DNA from: Negaprion brevirostris
Lineage: Eukaryota
DNA: 64,000 bases
Direction: 5' to 3'
Assembly (NCBI GenBank): GCA_030324005.1
Contig: JARDVH010000001.1
Location: forward strand, 111,652,299-111,716,298
Below the pieces are notes generated by a model, which was not told where the DNA came from, searched no databases, and saw nothing but the letters and a program-made list of their open reading frames with translations. Both the position numbers and the translations under genes were made by a program. Below are positions 39,025 to 52,083 of the stretch, piece after piece (position 1 is the stretch's first letter; every line of letters starts with the position of its first letter).

Positions 39025-39298
39025 AAATCCCTCGATCTCCAACCCACTCATGTGCCTGTCTAAGTAACTCTTAAACAACTCCAGCGTACCTGCCTCCACT
39101 ACCTTGCTTGGCAGAGCATTCCAAACCCCCACTACCCTCTGTGTGAAAAACCTCCCTGTAACATCCATGTTATTCTGCACCCCCCTCACCCTAAGCCCGT
39201 GGCCCCTCGCACTGTGCATTTCTAACATAGGAAAAAGCTTACCACTATTTACTCTATCTATACCCTTCATAATCTTACATTCCTCTATTAGACCTCCC
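39025..39298 (-). mobile_element. CR1 ORF2 C-terminus
   Basis: ORF 39010-39270 reads MKGIDRVNSGKLFP...ARGHGL...FFTQRVVGVWNALP...FKSYLD. Confidence 0.9.
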
Positions 39299-39643
39299 GT
39301 AGCGCAAAATTAAAGTCAGGTAACATCGAAACATAGAAAAACTACAGCACAATACAAGCCCTTCAGCCCACAAGGTTGTGCCGAACATGTCCCTACCTTA
39401 GAGATTAGATAATACCAGAGCTCGGTAGAGGTAATACCAGAGTTTGGTAGAAACATTGGTGAATTTTGACAGGTAATTTTCATTAATTTGTCGACATCAG
39501 GTTTTGACTTGTGTTTTCTTAGTGTAATTGTAAATTTAGCTCCGGGTTAGGTTTCCATCATTGCTGGATTCATGTTTAGAAATATTTTTTATTGTGAAGG
39601 TTGAAAGGTTATTGTGTTTAACATCCACAGAATCAGTGTACTA

Positions 39644-40030
39644 GATAGTGACCACAATTCGGTAACGATTTGATGATAGTGACCACAATAATTTGGTGAT
39701 AGTGACCACAATTCGGTTACGTTTACCTTTAGTGATGGAAAGGTATAGGCATATACCGAAGGGCAGAAGTTATAGCTGGGGGAAAGGTAATTATGAGGCT
39801 ATTAGGGGAGATTTAGGATACATAGGGTGGAGTAGGAAATTGCAGGGGCTGGGAACACCTGAAATGTGGAGCTTATGCAAGGAGCAGCTCCTGCAAGTCC
39901 TTGATAAATATGTACCTGTCAGGCAGGGAGGAAGTGGTCGAGCGAGGGAACCTTGGTGTACTAAGGAAGTTGAATCTCTGGTGAAGAGGAAGAAGGAGGC
40001 TTATGTAAAGATGAGACGTGAAGGCTCAGT
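39644..40030 (+). mobile_element. Young CR1 ORF2 fragment (end of endonuclease)
   Basis: Reads FGDSDHNSVTF...WGKGNYEAIR...DKYVPVR...PWCTKEV. The 5' end is triplicated. Confidence 0.85.
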
Positions 40031-40120
40031 NNNNNNNNNNNNNNNNNNNNNNNNNNNNNNNNNNNNNNNNNNNNNNNNNNNNNNNNNNNNNNNNNNNNNN
40101 NNNNNNNNNNNNNNNNNNNN

Positions 40121-40200
40121 GATCTTATTGAATGGCGGGGCAGACTCGAAGGGCTAGATGGCCTACTCCTGCTCCTATTTCTTATGTTCTTATGTTCTTA
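40121..40200 (+). mobile_element. CR1 3' tail with (ATGTTCTT)n
   Basis: Sequence 'ggcctactcctgctcctatttcttatgttcttatgttctta'. Confidence 0.85.
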
Positions 40201-40559
40201 CTAAATTAGCTCTAAGAAAACCAATGCTTAAATTATTAATTTGGTCAACATAATGCTAGCAGTGCTTTTAACTAAGTATACAGCCACTGGACAGAAAATA
40301 TTGAATTTTTGAACAAAAATTTGTCTGGCTGGGTTACCAATCTCTTTGATGTCCTGTCAAGCAGAAGGCAGCAATCAATTTTCTACTGATGAGCAGGTGC
40401 CTCAGAGATAATGGAGATGGTAGTGATCAGACAATTCCATTTTGGCAACAGGTGGTGTTCAGTTTTGTCTTGTTGAAAGGTCTGTGTCCTATTTACATTT
40501 TACAACATAACTTAACAATCTAACTCAACATGTAGAAATGTTGTACTTTACAAGGTAAT

Positions 40560-41530
40560 TTGATCTTCTGCTTTAACCATCACAAAGAAATGTGACAGAG
40601 AAACAAGACAGACAAACCAGAGAGAAAAACAAAAGTGTCACAGAAGAGGACAAGATTGCAAAAGCCTTTGGGGGCCCATGTGATTTTGAGAGAAAGTATC
40701 TATATTTTATGTTGGGGTGGCAGTCCATTTCAGAGCTAGGTTTCTCTGAAAGATATGTTTAAAAAAATGCTTCCTTCCAATGACTGATTGACCCTTTTTT
40801 CCCTATTGTTTGATCACACAATCAGAAGTTAATTATGGGAGTGAGTAACTTCTTGGATGTGGTTCCATGTTCAAGCAGTTTGGGTTTAGTTTAGGACAAG
40901 CTGGTTCAAGAGAACATTTCATTTAATCAAGATTCGATACAAGTGGTTGGATACAAGTGTTTTTTAAAAAACCTGTTAATAGAAGGACTCTGCTAACAAT
41001 GAATTTTGCATCTGGGAAAGCCAAGCTAGATACCACTAGAGTTAAAGAACATTTAAACCAGGAGAATTTCACACCAAGGTAACTACACTGAAGACACTAG
41101 TTTTGCATGTATTGAGTGGGGAACTACAACTGTGAAATGGTTGGAGATATGAAGGGAAAACTTACCAGAAGTCAGAGCAAGACCAAGAATTCTCAACTCT
41201 TATGAATCTTTGAGACAACAATCAAACCAAGTACTCTTCCAATTTTTGCTAAGTCTCTAACATGAAATTTGGGGGCTCTGTCAAATGAGTTTGGAGGAAA
41301 ATTTTTAACTTGGAAGTTTGTCTTAAAGTATAAGTAACGTATAGTATAAAGTATATTTAAAGTATAATTGTACAGTTAATATCTTTAATATACCCAACAT
41401 TACTATTAATGTTATTTGATATTCTTGACCAAAATTCTTATTTGAAACCACAAAATTTGTGGCTTAATTCTTTCAATACCTGGCTTTTGGAATGCATAAG
41501 TAAAAATGTTACTGCTTTCTACTGAGATGT
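40560..41530 (+). mobile_element. Possible decayed LTR (ERV/Gypsy-type)
   Basis: Composition and the 3' segment 'aaaatgttactgctttctactgagatg' resemble an LTR. No firm termini are visible. Confidence 0.2.
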
Positions 41531-44489
41531 ATTATTCTATCCGACACAAGACATTTAAGTGGAATTATTTTCTGCATCATTGTTGCCGTTTGTAACTATT
41601 ATTCCCACCATTTCCCTGAATTTGTTAATTCAGAAAGAATAATGAGAACTTGGCACCTGGATAGAAATTTTGTGCTCTGCAATGATGTTTTAAATTAAAT
41701 TTGTTTGAACATTATCAATACAGGCAATTGCTCATTTCACACATTTTCAGGAGACAATGAGGAGCAAATTAGGTCATAGGTAGGCAGGCACAGCACAATC
41801 ACTGCTTGCTTGTTATTACAACCACGAGATCGAGGGCTGGAATGTCATAATCTAATCTGAGCTGTGTCCGAGGTGGGCAGCCAGGAAAACTGATGGAAAT
41901 GTTGACCTCCTGATTGTTTACTTTGCTCTCTGGTGTCATAAACTTATCAAAGATGGGGTAGGAGTGAGTGCAAGCCTTCAATCTCACCTGTTCCCTTCAA
42001 GTTGGTTCAGGGCTTCTAAGAAGTCTATCTCTCATCAAGATTTTGTATTTTCCTGACAGGGGTTGATGTTTTGCAGCTGCCTGCCTCATATCAGCTGAAG
42101 TCAAGAATTGGCCACGTTGGGAGCAAGTCACGATGGCCAGAATGTTTTCTAAAGTGTAATAGCTTATCATTGATTAAATGACTCATCTCTGAAGTGAAAG
42201 TAGCAGCAGCCCAACATATGTTAAGAGGACAAATCAGAATTAAGAACTTTGCCAGTTCAGGAGGTTGTCATTCTCCTGGCATCATAAGTAAATCAGAGCA
42301 GTGGACAAGATTCTTTGGATTCCACCCAAGTGCCAGGAATACTGCAGCTGGAAATGGATGCTGCACTGTCAGAAATTGTGGTTCAGAATGCACTGGGTCC
42401 AGTGTCTGGAACTGTTGGGTGGTTCCACGCAATAGTCCCCTGCAAGGGTGTCTTAGGGTTAGGGTTGGGGGGATGGAAAGCAGGAACAGGAAGCAGGGAG
42501 AAGGAACGGGGAGGTAGAAAGAGAGATCAGTGAACAGAAAGGTGCTCCTCTTACGAGTTGGTCTCCTCCTTCCAGCTGCCAAGAAGAGGACTTTTCTCCT
42601 CTTCTTCTTGGGTGCCTGGCCTTTCATGACATATCACTTCCATGCTTTGCAGTGGCAGGCTTTGGCACAATCTCACTCCCTCAGGACAACAAACAGCCTC
42701 AATGATGGCTGCTGGCAGTGTCTAGACAAGTCCCACACTTCATCTGACCAACCTCCATTAGTTTTAATTGGACAGCAGATCCATCTCCATATCAATTAAG
42801 GGCTTACCCCTGTGAAAGTATGCACTTAGGTTAGCTTCCCATTGGAGGTGGGTTTCTGACACAAAACAGGCCTGACTTCAGTTTCCCATCTCCCACAAAA
42901 ATCTAACCCCTCAAGTTGCCAAGACTCATTGGATGNNNNNNNNNNNNNNNNNNNNNNNNNNNNNNNNNNNNNNNNNNNNNNNNNNNNNNNNNNNNNNNNN
43001 NNNNNNNNNNNNNNNNNNNNNNNNNNNNNNNNNNNNNNNNNNNNNNNNNNNNNNNNNNNNNNNNNNNNNNNNNNNNNNNNNNNNNNNNNNNNNNNNNNNN
43101 NNNNNNNNNNNNNNNNNNNNNNNNNNNNNNNNNNNNNNNNNNNNNNNNNNNNNNNNNNNNNNNNNNNNNNNNNNNNNNNNNNNNNNNNNNNNNNNNNNNN
43201 NNNNNNNNNNNNNNNNNNNNNNNNNNNNNNNNNNNNNNNNNNNNNNNNNNNNNNNNNNNNNNNNNNNNNNNNNNNNNNNNNNNNNNNNNNNNNNNNNNNN
43301 NNNNNNNNNNNNNNNNNNNNNNNNNNNNNNNNNNNNNNNNNNNNNNNNNNNNNNNNNNNNNNNNNNNNNNNNNNNNNNNNNNNNNNNNNNNNNNNNNNNN
43401 NNNNNNNNNNNNNNNNNNNNNNNNNNNNNNNNNNNNNNNNNNNNNNNNNNNNNNNNNNNNNNNNNNNNNNNNNNNNNNNNNNNNNNNNNNNNNNNNNNNN
43501 NNNNNNNNNNNNNNNNNNNNNNNNNNNNNNNNNNNNNNNNNNNNNNNNNNNNNNNNNNNNNNNNNNNNNNNNNNNNNNNNNNNNNNNNNNNNNNNNNNNN
43601 NNNNNNNNNNNNNNNNNNNNNNNNNNNNNNNNNNNNNNNNNNNNNNNNNNNNNNNNNNNNNNNNNNNNNNNNNNNNNNNNNNNNNNNNNNNNNNNNNNNN
43701 NNNNNNNNNNNNNNNNNNNNNNNNNNNNNNNNNNNNNNNNNNNNNNNNNNNNNNNNNNNNNNNNNNNNNNNNNNNNNNNNNNNNNNNNNNNNNNNNNNNN
43801 NNNNNNNNNNNNNNNNNNNNNNNNNNNNNNNNNNNNNNNNNNNNNNNNNNNNNNNNNNNNNNNNNNNNNNNNNNNNCATTGGATGAAACCTTGGAGGCCT
43901 TAGCACATGATCCTTCAGCAGCACCCATTATTCTCCAGCCTAATATGGCTTTCATTGTGGTGCATTATCTTCCACTATAGAACAGCAAAGAGACCGTTAC
44001 CAAATCAGATGATTATTGATTATCAAACAGGTTTCTCACATGAAAGCATGTGAAGAAAATAAAAGAAAAACACTTCTTTAAAAAAGTCTGTAATTTGTCT
44101 CCCAGTTTTGCCTGAAGTGATTCATTTCAAATTTCATGATACTTCAGAAGCAAGTATATAGTTTTTCTGTGGGACTTGAGCAGTGTAGATTCCATCTATT
44201 TGTACTTCAAAAATTGGTATTAAGATCCTTTATATGTCAAAGGGTGACAATTTGCCATCTTACAATTGAAACTGTTGATCACTCAGTCTGCCCATCTCAC
44301 AACCCTCCTCAAGAAGGAAATTTATGCCTGATCAATTGTAAATTTTAAAACTGTGATTTGCAGATGTTTGCTCACCAGAGGTATGGAGCAAAGGTAGGTA
44401 TATTGAGTTAGTTCCCAGATGAAACACTGGATGGAGGCAAGGACTTAAAGGACTAAATAGCTTAACCCTATTCCTATGCTATAAGCGTG

Positions 44490-45300
44490 AGAGGCAGAGT
44501 GCCGGGAGGTGGAGATTAAATGGCCCAACATCATTTTCAGACCACCCTTTCCATTTATACACCAGACTACACCCTTAAAATGTGTGTCTAAAAAGCTAAA
44601 TGGTCACATATCTGTCCTGATTTTACAATACATGGACAAAACTTTTCTATGGCTAAAAATAAAGTTTTAAATACATATGGAAATAACAATAGGATTTTTT
44701 CCCAGTTGATAGATTTGAAAACAGCTGCCTGTGATGATCTTTCACTGCAGGTAGCTTTAACAAGCTCAGTGTGGAACTTCTGCCTCCCAGTGGAAAGAAG
44801 TCCCACCCCTGACAGCTGCTGGCCAATCTGATTAACTAGCAGCCCTTGTCAATCCAGCAGTGGGCGCAATCCCATGAAGGAGGCAGCTTGGATCCCAGAC
44901 CAAGATAAATCTGGGATTTTTGGGCAGTGAGGGATTGGGCACACTCAGGAGGGAGCAGTCTGGTTTTGGAGGCTGTGTGATGCACAAAATGGAGGGTACT
45001 ATTTTGGGATATGGGGGTGGGGAGGATGCTCAAGTTGCACAGGGCACCCCTGCAAAGATGGTACCCTCCCTCTTCCAGGCTTTTCAACAAGAGTTTAGCA
45101 GAGTAATATTCAGGCCAGTTAAGTTTAATTACCTGCTTTGAGTTTATTTAAAATAGCGGGCAGGCTGCCAATTTTGATACCCATCCAAGTACCATATTAT
45201 GGGAAACCAATGTTTGATGTTGGGTTTGCAACCCAGCATCGTCGTGGATTGTGCACAGGCACAGAACAGCAGTGGTCCCAATTTTAACACACAAAATCTC
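44490..45300. mobile_element. Harbinger-like non-autonomous element
   Basis: Core 'gaagtcccacccctgacagctgctggccaatctgattaactagcagc'. Confidence 0.45.
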
Positions 45301-45399
45301 AGTCAGTTTCACATTTGTAGCAAAATAACTGAGGAATCATTTTCCCTTCGTTTCTTGTTGTAAATTTATGATTTATTCTTAAGGTTTGAAGGCTAAGAT

Positions 45400-46122
45400 T
45401 CATAGTTCAATGTAGTGCACACCAATACAGAGTACTGGGGCATAAATACTGAGAGAAGGTTACCTTCTCGGGAAGAGGCCTGTATGGAGAAAGCACTGGT
45501 AAAGGGTACAAAACAGGGGAAAAGAAATCAGTTGTTTGAAGCTTACTTGCTGAATGGGGCAGAATTTTGAGTACGTTAGTAATACTAAATTCTTCAGCCT
45601 GGAGAGGAAAATTGCTTCAGAGGGCTGCGAATCTTTGGAATTGTCTGCACCATGACGGTGGGTGTTCCATCGTTGAAAACAGGAAATAAACAGACTTTTG
45701 GTTTCTTCAGGAATCAAAAGATTATGGAGGACGGATAGGGAAGTGAAGGTGAAGCCCAAGATAAGCCATGATAAGCAATAAGTAGTTGGAAAAATGCTTG
45801 AATCCGTCAAAGAAGAAATAGCGAGGCACCTAGAAAAGAATGGTTTGATAGAGCAGACGCAGCACGGATTCGTTAAGGGGAAGNNNNNNNNNNNNNNNNN
45901 NNNNNNNNNNNNNNNNNNNNNNNNNNNNNNNNNNNNNNNNNNNNNNNNNNNNNNNNNNNNNNNNNNNNNNNNNNNNNNNNNNNGAATGGCGGGGCAGGCT
46001 CGAAGGGCTAGATGGCCTACTCCTGCTCCTATTTCTTATGTTCTTATGTTCTTATGATAGTATTGAATTGTTGAGCAGGCTCTGAATGCCATGTCAGCTA
46101 CTCCTGCTCCTATTTCTTGTGT
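45400..46122 (+). mobile_element. Old CR1 3' end with a younger CR1 inserted in its tail
   Basis: The old copy has RAANLWNCL and a tail split at 'gccatgata|...|atgatagtattgaattg'. The insert (about 45775-46053) has MLESVKEEIARHLEKNGLIEQTQHGFVKGK and an (ATGTTCTT)n tail. Confidence 0.85.
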
Positions 46123-48374
46123 TGCCTTAAGACATTCTCTTAAGGAATTTCTCCCAACTGACCAATGTAGTGTCAGAAGATCAACAATAAGCACATTTAG
46201 CGTGCATCTGTGTTACAACTAATTTTTGGATGGAGTTGTTCCCCAATTTAGTGTCCCCCAAGGAAATTCTGAGCACAAATTTCTGTTCCATCGGTCTAAA
46301 TAAGAACATTTATAAGTGAGACTACAGTGGGAAACTGACCATGACACTTGTACATTATTTATACACAATATTACTCTGCCATGTAATTATGGACTATCAT
46401 TCTCCATTTCTCTCAGTTTCCACGTGAAGATGAAAGGGTGAGGAAGCCTTCAAGGCATGTTTTCAGCACAGAAGCTGCATCAACTCAATGAAATTTATTA
46501 TTCCATCTGGACTGTCCGAGTGATTCCTTAATAACCTCATCCTCCAGCAATGTGTGAAAACAGTCTTTGGTATTAAGTAAAATGGCCGTCCAAGCTTTAC
46601 TACTCCTGCAGGGAAAAACTCCATATAAGACTCATACAGTACGCAGGCCCTTCAAAAGAATTCAGATAGTGCATTGTCCTTTTGCCAGATCAGCAGTGAT
46701 CCTTGTGTTCATATTCTTGATGAAATGTACCAGACACAGACAGCATACCAAAAAGTGTGTGCGAGTGACATTTGACACTGAGAACACTGCCATCTGCTAT
46801 TTATATTCCTAACCAAATATAGCAGCATTAGCAGATTTGAGAAACAATGAAGTAATTAAACTAACAATGAAATCAAGTGTGCTGAATTATGCCATATTTT
46901 AGAAGCCAAATCAAAACATTGCAATATAAATTACAAGAGAAACACGGTGATGAGTTTGATGATGTGAAGGAGTCATTCAGCAGCAAGTCATATTGGAGGC
47001 AGGAAAGTAACAGGGTGAGATTTGATGCCCATTTTGCACTATTATGGTCTGATCCCATTAGTTTCAAGCTGGGCCAATTGGATTGACCTCACTGTTATTT
47101 ATTAAAAGCAAAATCAATAAGATTGACTTGTAAAGGTTTAAATTATACTTAAAATATTTTTATATCATTTCATAACATGCATAAGTGAAACTACTTTTCT
47201 GACCGCTCTCACCTTCCCTTCCTTACTGTCTACTGCTGTCCATTATTAAATCATCACATTACCTATTCAGTGCTTCTTGTTGACCTGTTGTCTCCTACTG
47301 TCTTCAGCTCTGTAAAGTCCTTTACATATCTTCCTCAATTGAAAAAAAGATGCAATTAAAAGCCCCAATTACAGAAACCTCTCTAACAATGTAACTTCTT
47401 CAGAGTGGCAAACAATATGGAATTGCCACTATGTACCCAATTACTTAAGTGAAATTTCTTCCATGCCAGCCACACCTGACTTTCTGACTTAGCCCAACAA
47501 GTGCTCGGCAGGACAGCTGTCAGAGCCAGCATGGAAATGCAGGAGAGGTGAATTGAAGGAGGACAACCCCACAGTACTAGCTGAGTAGAAGTGAATAGGA
47601 TTAGTTGGGTGGAGGAGGGTCAGCCATCAGAGGGCTGAGTCATCAGGGCAAGGGTGATAGGGATTGAGTGGGACCTGCAGGGGTTGGGGACGCGTTGACT
47701 CGGGTCTGCAGAAAGTTGGGGGAAATTCTGGGTAACTATTTATGTAACAGCCCGAACCCATCTCGAGTTTGCCAATTAAAACATACTTTCAGATTGCCCT
47801 GCACTGGGAACTATTGCCCAAAGGAATTTAGTACTGCCAGATAATTGTTGTGCAAACCCTTACCTTTGAACCTCCTAGAAGGATTTCCCAGCACATCTTT
47901 GGGGTATCCTCCCCCCCAATTCAACACCGGGGAACTCAGACGTTACAGCCCATCATTGTGCAAATACACAATGCACATTTCATTCATACAATTTTCTTCC
48001 ATTGCATTAATTTTTCAATGNNNNNNNNNNNNNNNNNNNNNNNNNNNNNNNNNNNNNNNNNNNNNNNNNNNNNNNNNNNNNNNNNNNNNNNNNNNNNNNN
48101 NNNNNNNNNNNNNNNNNNNNNNNNNNNNNNNNNNNNNNNNNNNNNNNNNNNNNNNNNNNNNNNNNNNNNNNNNNNNNNNNNNNNNNNNNNNNNNNNNNNN
48201 NNNNNNNNNNNNNNNNNNNNNNNNNNNNNNNNNNNNNNNNNNNNNNNNNNNNNNNNNNNNNNNNNNNNNNNNNNNNNNNNNNNNNNNNNNNNNNNNNNNN
48301 NNNNNNNNNNNNNNNNNNNNNNNNNNNNNNNNATGCAATTTTTTCTATAGTGCTTTTTACACAACAGGAATATG

Positions 48375-48565
48375 GCCAGAAGCTGACATACACTGGCTCC
48401 CTATTAAGCAGCATTGCCATTTAAACATTCTCAGCTTCATTTTCAAATCTATGTCATGTCCGCTTCCTGTCTCTTTAGCCTCCGCCAGCTCCACAACCCA
48501 CCAAGATACCTATGGTCCTTACATTCTGACCTCTTTATAATCCTGGATTTTAATACCTCTGCAAG
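48375..48565 (+). mobile_element. L2 LINE ORF2 C-terminal fragment
   Basis: ADIHWLPIKQHCHLNILSFIFKS matches the L2 motif LHWLPxxxRIxFKILxLxFK. Confidence 0.75.
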
Positions 48566-49321
48566 ATGCCTTGAGTTCCCTCCAGCATTGTGAGAGGCAA
48601 AAGAAATGTGGTTCTATGAATGTGCCATTGGATTTAGAGAACTTGCTTCTATGAAATTACATGGATATCCAGTGCTTGCATTAATACCTCTAATTTCACA
48701 TTACACAGCAGCAATCAGCAACCAACTCTCGAGACAGCTGCCCATAGAAGACATATTCCCAAAACAGGATCCTACAACAAGCATAAAAGTTAAAGCACCT
48801 TAACATAATGTGGCAGATTGCACATGCTGTAACTTTATTTGTTAAACAAAGGACCGTATGCACAGTATCTACATTCCATCCCACACTCTCAGCATGCTCC
48901 CAAAGAGACTATGGCTGGACTTCCATTACCCACCAAAACCTGATTAACGAGTGACAGACTCAACAGCAGTGGAGTCTTCTAATGGAATACAAATGAGTTT
49001 AAGACAGACAGTGAGTTACAATATCAGTGAGGGACGCATCTGTTATCTCAGTCAAACAAGCTGCTTCATTATTTACTTGAGGGGAAAATCCTAGCACAAA
49101 GCAAAGCAAATTGATTTTTTTTATTTCAATGAATTGCCTATCAATTTTGATTGGGATACAAGACTAATATATGAAGTACATTTACACTAGAATTTCCAAA
49201 AAAAAAACAAAGTGGCATTTTAAACCTGATTCTTCAAATTAAGGATGGTTCTGTTTTTGTGTTCCTTAGTGCACACAGTGGGTTGGGCCATGGGCATTAA
49301 TACTATTTCTCCACATGGGAT

Positions 49322-49693
49322 AATTTGCATTTTATATAGCAGCTCTCATGACCACTGGACATTTCAAATCGCTGTACAGCCAATGCAGTCATTTTGAAGC
49401 AACATCACTGTTGAAATGCTGCAGTTAATTGATACACAGCAAGCTCCCACAGACAACATGATAACAACCAGATAATTTTTTTATGATGTTGACTGCAGGA
49501 TAAATATTAGCCAAATGTTGATTGAGGAATAAATATTAGCCAGGATACCAGAGATAACACCCCTGTTCTCCTTTGAAAAGGAATCCTTAATGCCCATCTG
49601 GGAGAATGTTGGTTCACTGTGTCCTTTTTTCATTTGAAAGATGGCACTTCTGACAATGTAGCTCTCCCTCAGTATTGCACTGGAGTGTCTGCC
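49322..49693 (-). mobile_element. DeuSINE (SacSINE1/AmnSINE1-like) body and tail
   Basis: Deu-domain-like 'gaaagatggcacttctgacaatgtagctctccctcagtattgcactggagtgtc', with an L2-type tail 'ttgcattttatatagc'. Confidence 0.8.
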
Positions 49694-50569
49694 TCCAACA
49701 GACCTTACCAGCCCCTAGCCACAGAACCCGTTCCATATGCTCCCCAAAGCAATTGCTGAAAATGCCAGTAAAGTGACTGAGGATTTCTTCTGGGGCCTGA
49801 TGCTGAAATCACAGACTGTTTTTCTTCTGCGTTTGTTCAACAGTGAGTTTATCAGCACCAAACATTGGGGGGGGGGGAAAGCTGGCAGAGACTGGAGGAA
49901 TAGTGAACAGAAGCAACCGTGAGTATTTGAAGATAGAGAGAGAGAGAGAGAGATTCCTTGCACATTCACCGTGCTTTCCCTCAGCTGCTGGTGCTTTGGC
50001 CAGCAGCAGCCACCACCCCTCCCCACCCCACCGCCAGTGCTCTGGCCCATTGTGTTCCCCTGCCTCTCCCCTGGTATTCCATGTCCCATCAGTTCTCCCT
50101 GGTTCCCCTCACATTTTCCTGGCTGTCAGCCCTTTGTGTTTGAGTACCACCAGGCCTCAGATCTCACTCCAGCTCTGATTCACCTACCCCACCCTGCATG
50201 CTAGTTTCATGAATAGTGGAGAGCGTGTGTGGATGGACAAGTGTATGTGCACATACATGTGAGGGAGATGCATGTGTGCACACGTGTGAGAGGGTGAGCG
50301 CACATGCATGAAGGAGGGGGTGAGTTCATGCACATTTGCGTATGAAAGACTAGTGTAAGAGGGAGGACAAAGTACACATCTACCTCACTCACAGGGTTCT
50401 CACTCACCCTCACTGCCACATACCAACATACTCTCATCTTACCCAGCATGAGAGTGTGAGTGAGCAATCTGGGGAGACACTGTCAAATAGTCGTCCTTAT
50501 TCAGTACTCATTTTTCAATTATCAGTTTATCATTGCATTTTTTTTTCGGCAAAAGGTTGGACAAGCCTG
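49694..50569. mobile_element. hAT-Charlie-type non-autonomous DNA transposon
   Basis: The right end 'caaaaggttggacaagcctg' is a MER30-like terminus followed by gcctagac (a CTAG-centred target). Only 'tccaac' remains of the left TIR. Confidence 0.6.
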
Positions 50570-50658
50570 GCCTAGACTGTTGTTCTCAAATCGTGACTCA
50601 AACTCACAATCCACTGACTCAGAAGTGGAAATTTTGTCAATAAGGCCATGGCTGACAT
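50570..50658 (-). mobile_element. DeuSINE head (continuation of 49322-49693)
   Basis: Sequence 'gcctagactgttgttctcaa...gactcaaactcacaatccactgactcagaagtgg...gccatggctgaca'. Confidence 0.7.
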
Positions 50659-50719
50659 GGCAATCATAGCAATGCACAATCTGTAAAGGAAAAAAAAATT
50701 AAGGCAGCTAGGTTCTCAG

Positions 50720-51035
50720 GAATCATATCATCCCTACAGAGCAGGAGGCCTTTTGGCCTATCAAATCTGCATTGGCTTTCCAACAGAGCATCTTACCCAG
50801 GCCCATCCCTGACGTATTCCACTAAGCCCCATAACCTATATATCTTGGAGCACTCGGTCAATTTAGCATGGCCAATGCACCTAATCTGCACATCTTTGAA
50901 CTGTGGGAGGAAACTGGAGCACCCAGAACAAACCAACACAGACACTGGGAGAACATGCAAACTCCACACAGTCACCTGAGTCTGGAATGAAACCTGGGTC
51001 CCTGGCAAGTGAGGCAGTAGTGCTAAGCACATTGA
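50720..51035 (-). mobile_element. HE1/V-SINE with CR1-type tail
   Basis: V-domain 'tgtgggaggaaactggagcacccaga' and head 'gtgaggcagtagtgctaagcac'. Confidence 0.85.
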
Positions 51036-52083
51036 CCCACATCTATGCTGCTCAGCAATGAGATACAGCAGATTATTTGGCTATGAATGGTGAGCAATGC
51101 AAGACATCCCAAAGGGGGATATTTTGATTATATGTTTTATATTTCTTACTAAAGTCTTTATCTAGGCTTGCAGCCAGGATTTTAAAAATAGACATTAATT
51201 AACAATCCCTTTGGGGAAGCTATTGTTCCCGTACTGTGAAAGGCCAGGGAGTCTGGTTGAAACCCGAGAAGTCATTTAAACAATAACAAATAATATGATG
51301 TATCTTTGGAAAAATAATTTGATTTGTTTTTGCCACTGATGATGTTACTTATATTTGAAGAAAAATGAGTTTGAACATGCCATCCTAGGTTAAGCTTTGG
51401 CTCATAGGAAGTACAGGCTTGTCATGGAAGCTGACTTACACAAAGGAAATGAATAAAGAAAGCTGGACAGTGGCCCGAATAATAACAACAGTCTGTCAAT
51501 GGAAATGACCGATTAGAAATAAACGTGCTGTTATATCATTCAGCTTTCATTAACTAATCTCACTGCTGCATTTTGTCTAATGAGAAATAGGGCACAGGAC
51601 TGGACCATAATGTTTAAGAGTAGTTGAAGAAAACTACTTCTGTTAGAGAAGATCAGATAGATCAAGAAGCAGTTGTTAACACTATTCTAAGAGTTTAAAG
51701 ACTGTAGGAGGAAGGAGATAGTGCTGTTACAAATTTCATTTCTGAGGGCATGAGAAAGATGAGGTACAGCAAGTGTACGCAATGTGTTTTGATTTTAAAC
51801 AGAGTGGTTGTGTTTAGGGGGATAAGTGAAGAAAGGGGGAATTTAAACATTATCAAGCTGACTTGATCAATTTTGCTGACTGTTTTGCACCCTGACCGTG
51901 TTTACTGCCACTGAAGAAACTCTTCTCCATCCAGCGGTGACAGTAGGGATGTTTCAGAGAAATAATTACCATATTTATACCAATACAATAAAGGGTTTTC
52001 TTCTTTTCAATGTACTGCTGGTATACATATCAATTTCTGCCAAAAAATATTAATGGTCCACTGAGCTTTGAAGCCAAAGTTGT

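Noticed and set aside
39644-39721. CRISPR-like repeat array
   Set aside because: The DNA is eukaryotic, the repeats are CR1 coding sequence, the spacers are very short, and there are no cas genes.
42903-43980. Long ORFs of about 320-350 aa (also those over gaps at 11711, 35643 and 48021)
   Set aside because: They are artefacts of translating N runs.
49486-49542. 29-bp tandem duplication (also a 38-bp duplication at 59427-59500)
   Set aside because: These are ordinary local duplications inside decayed repeats.
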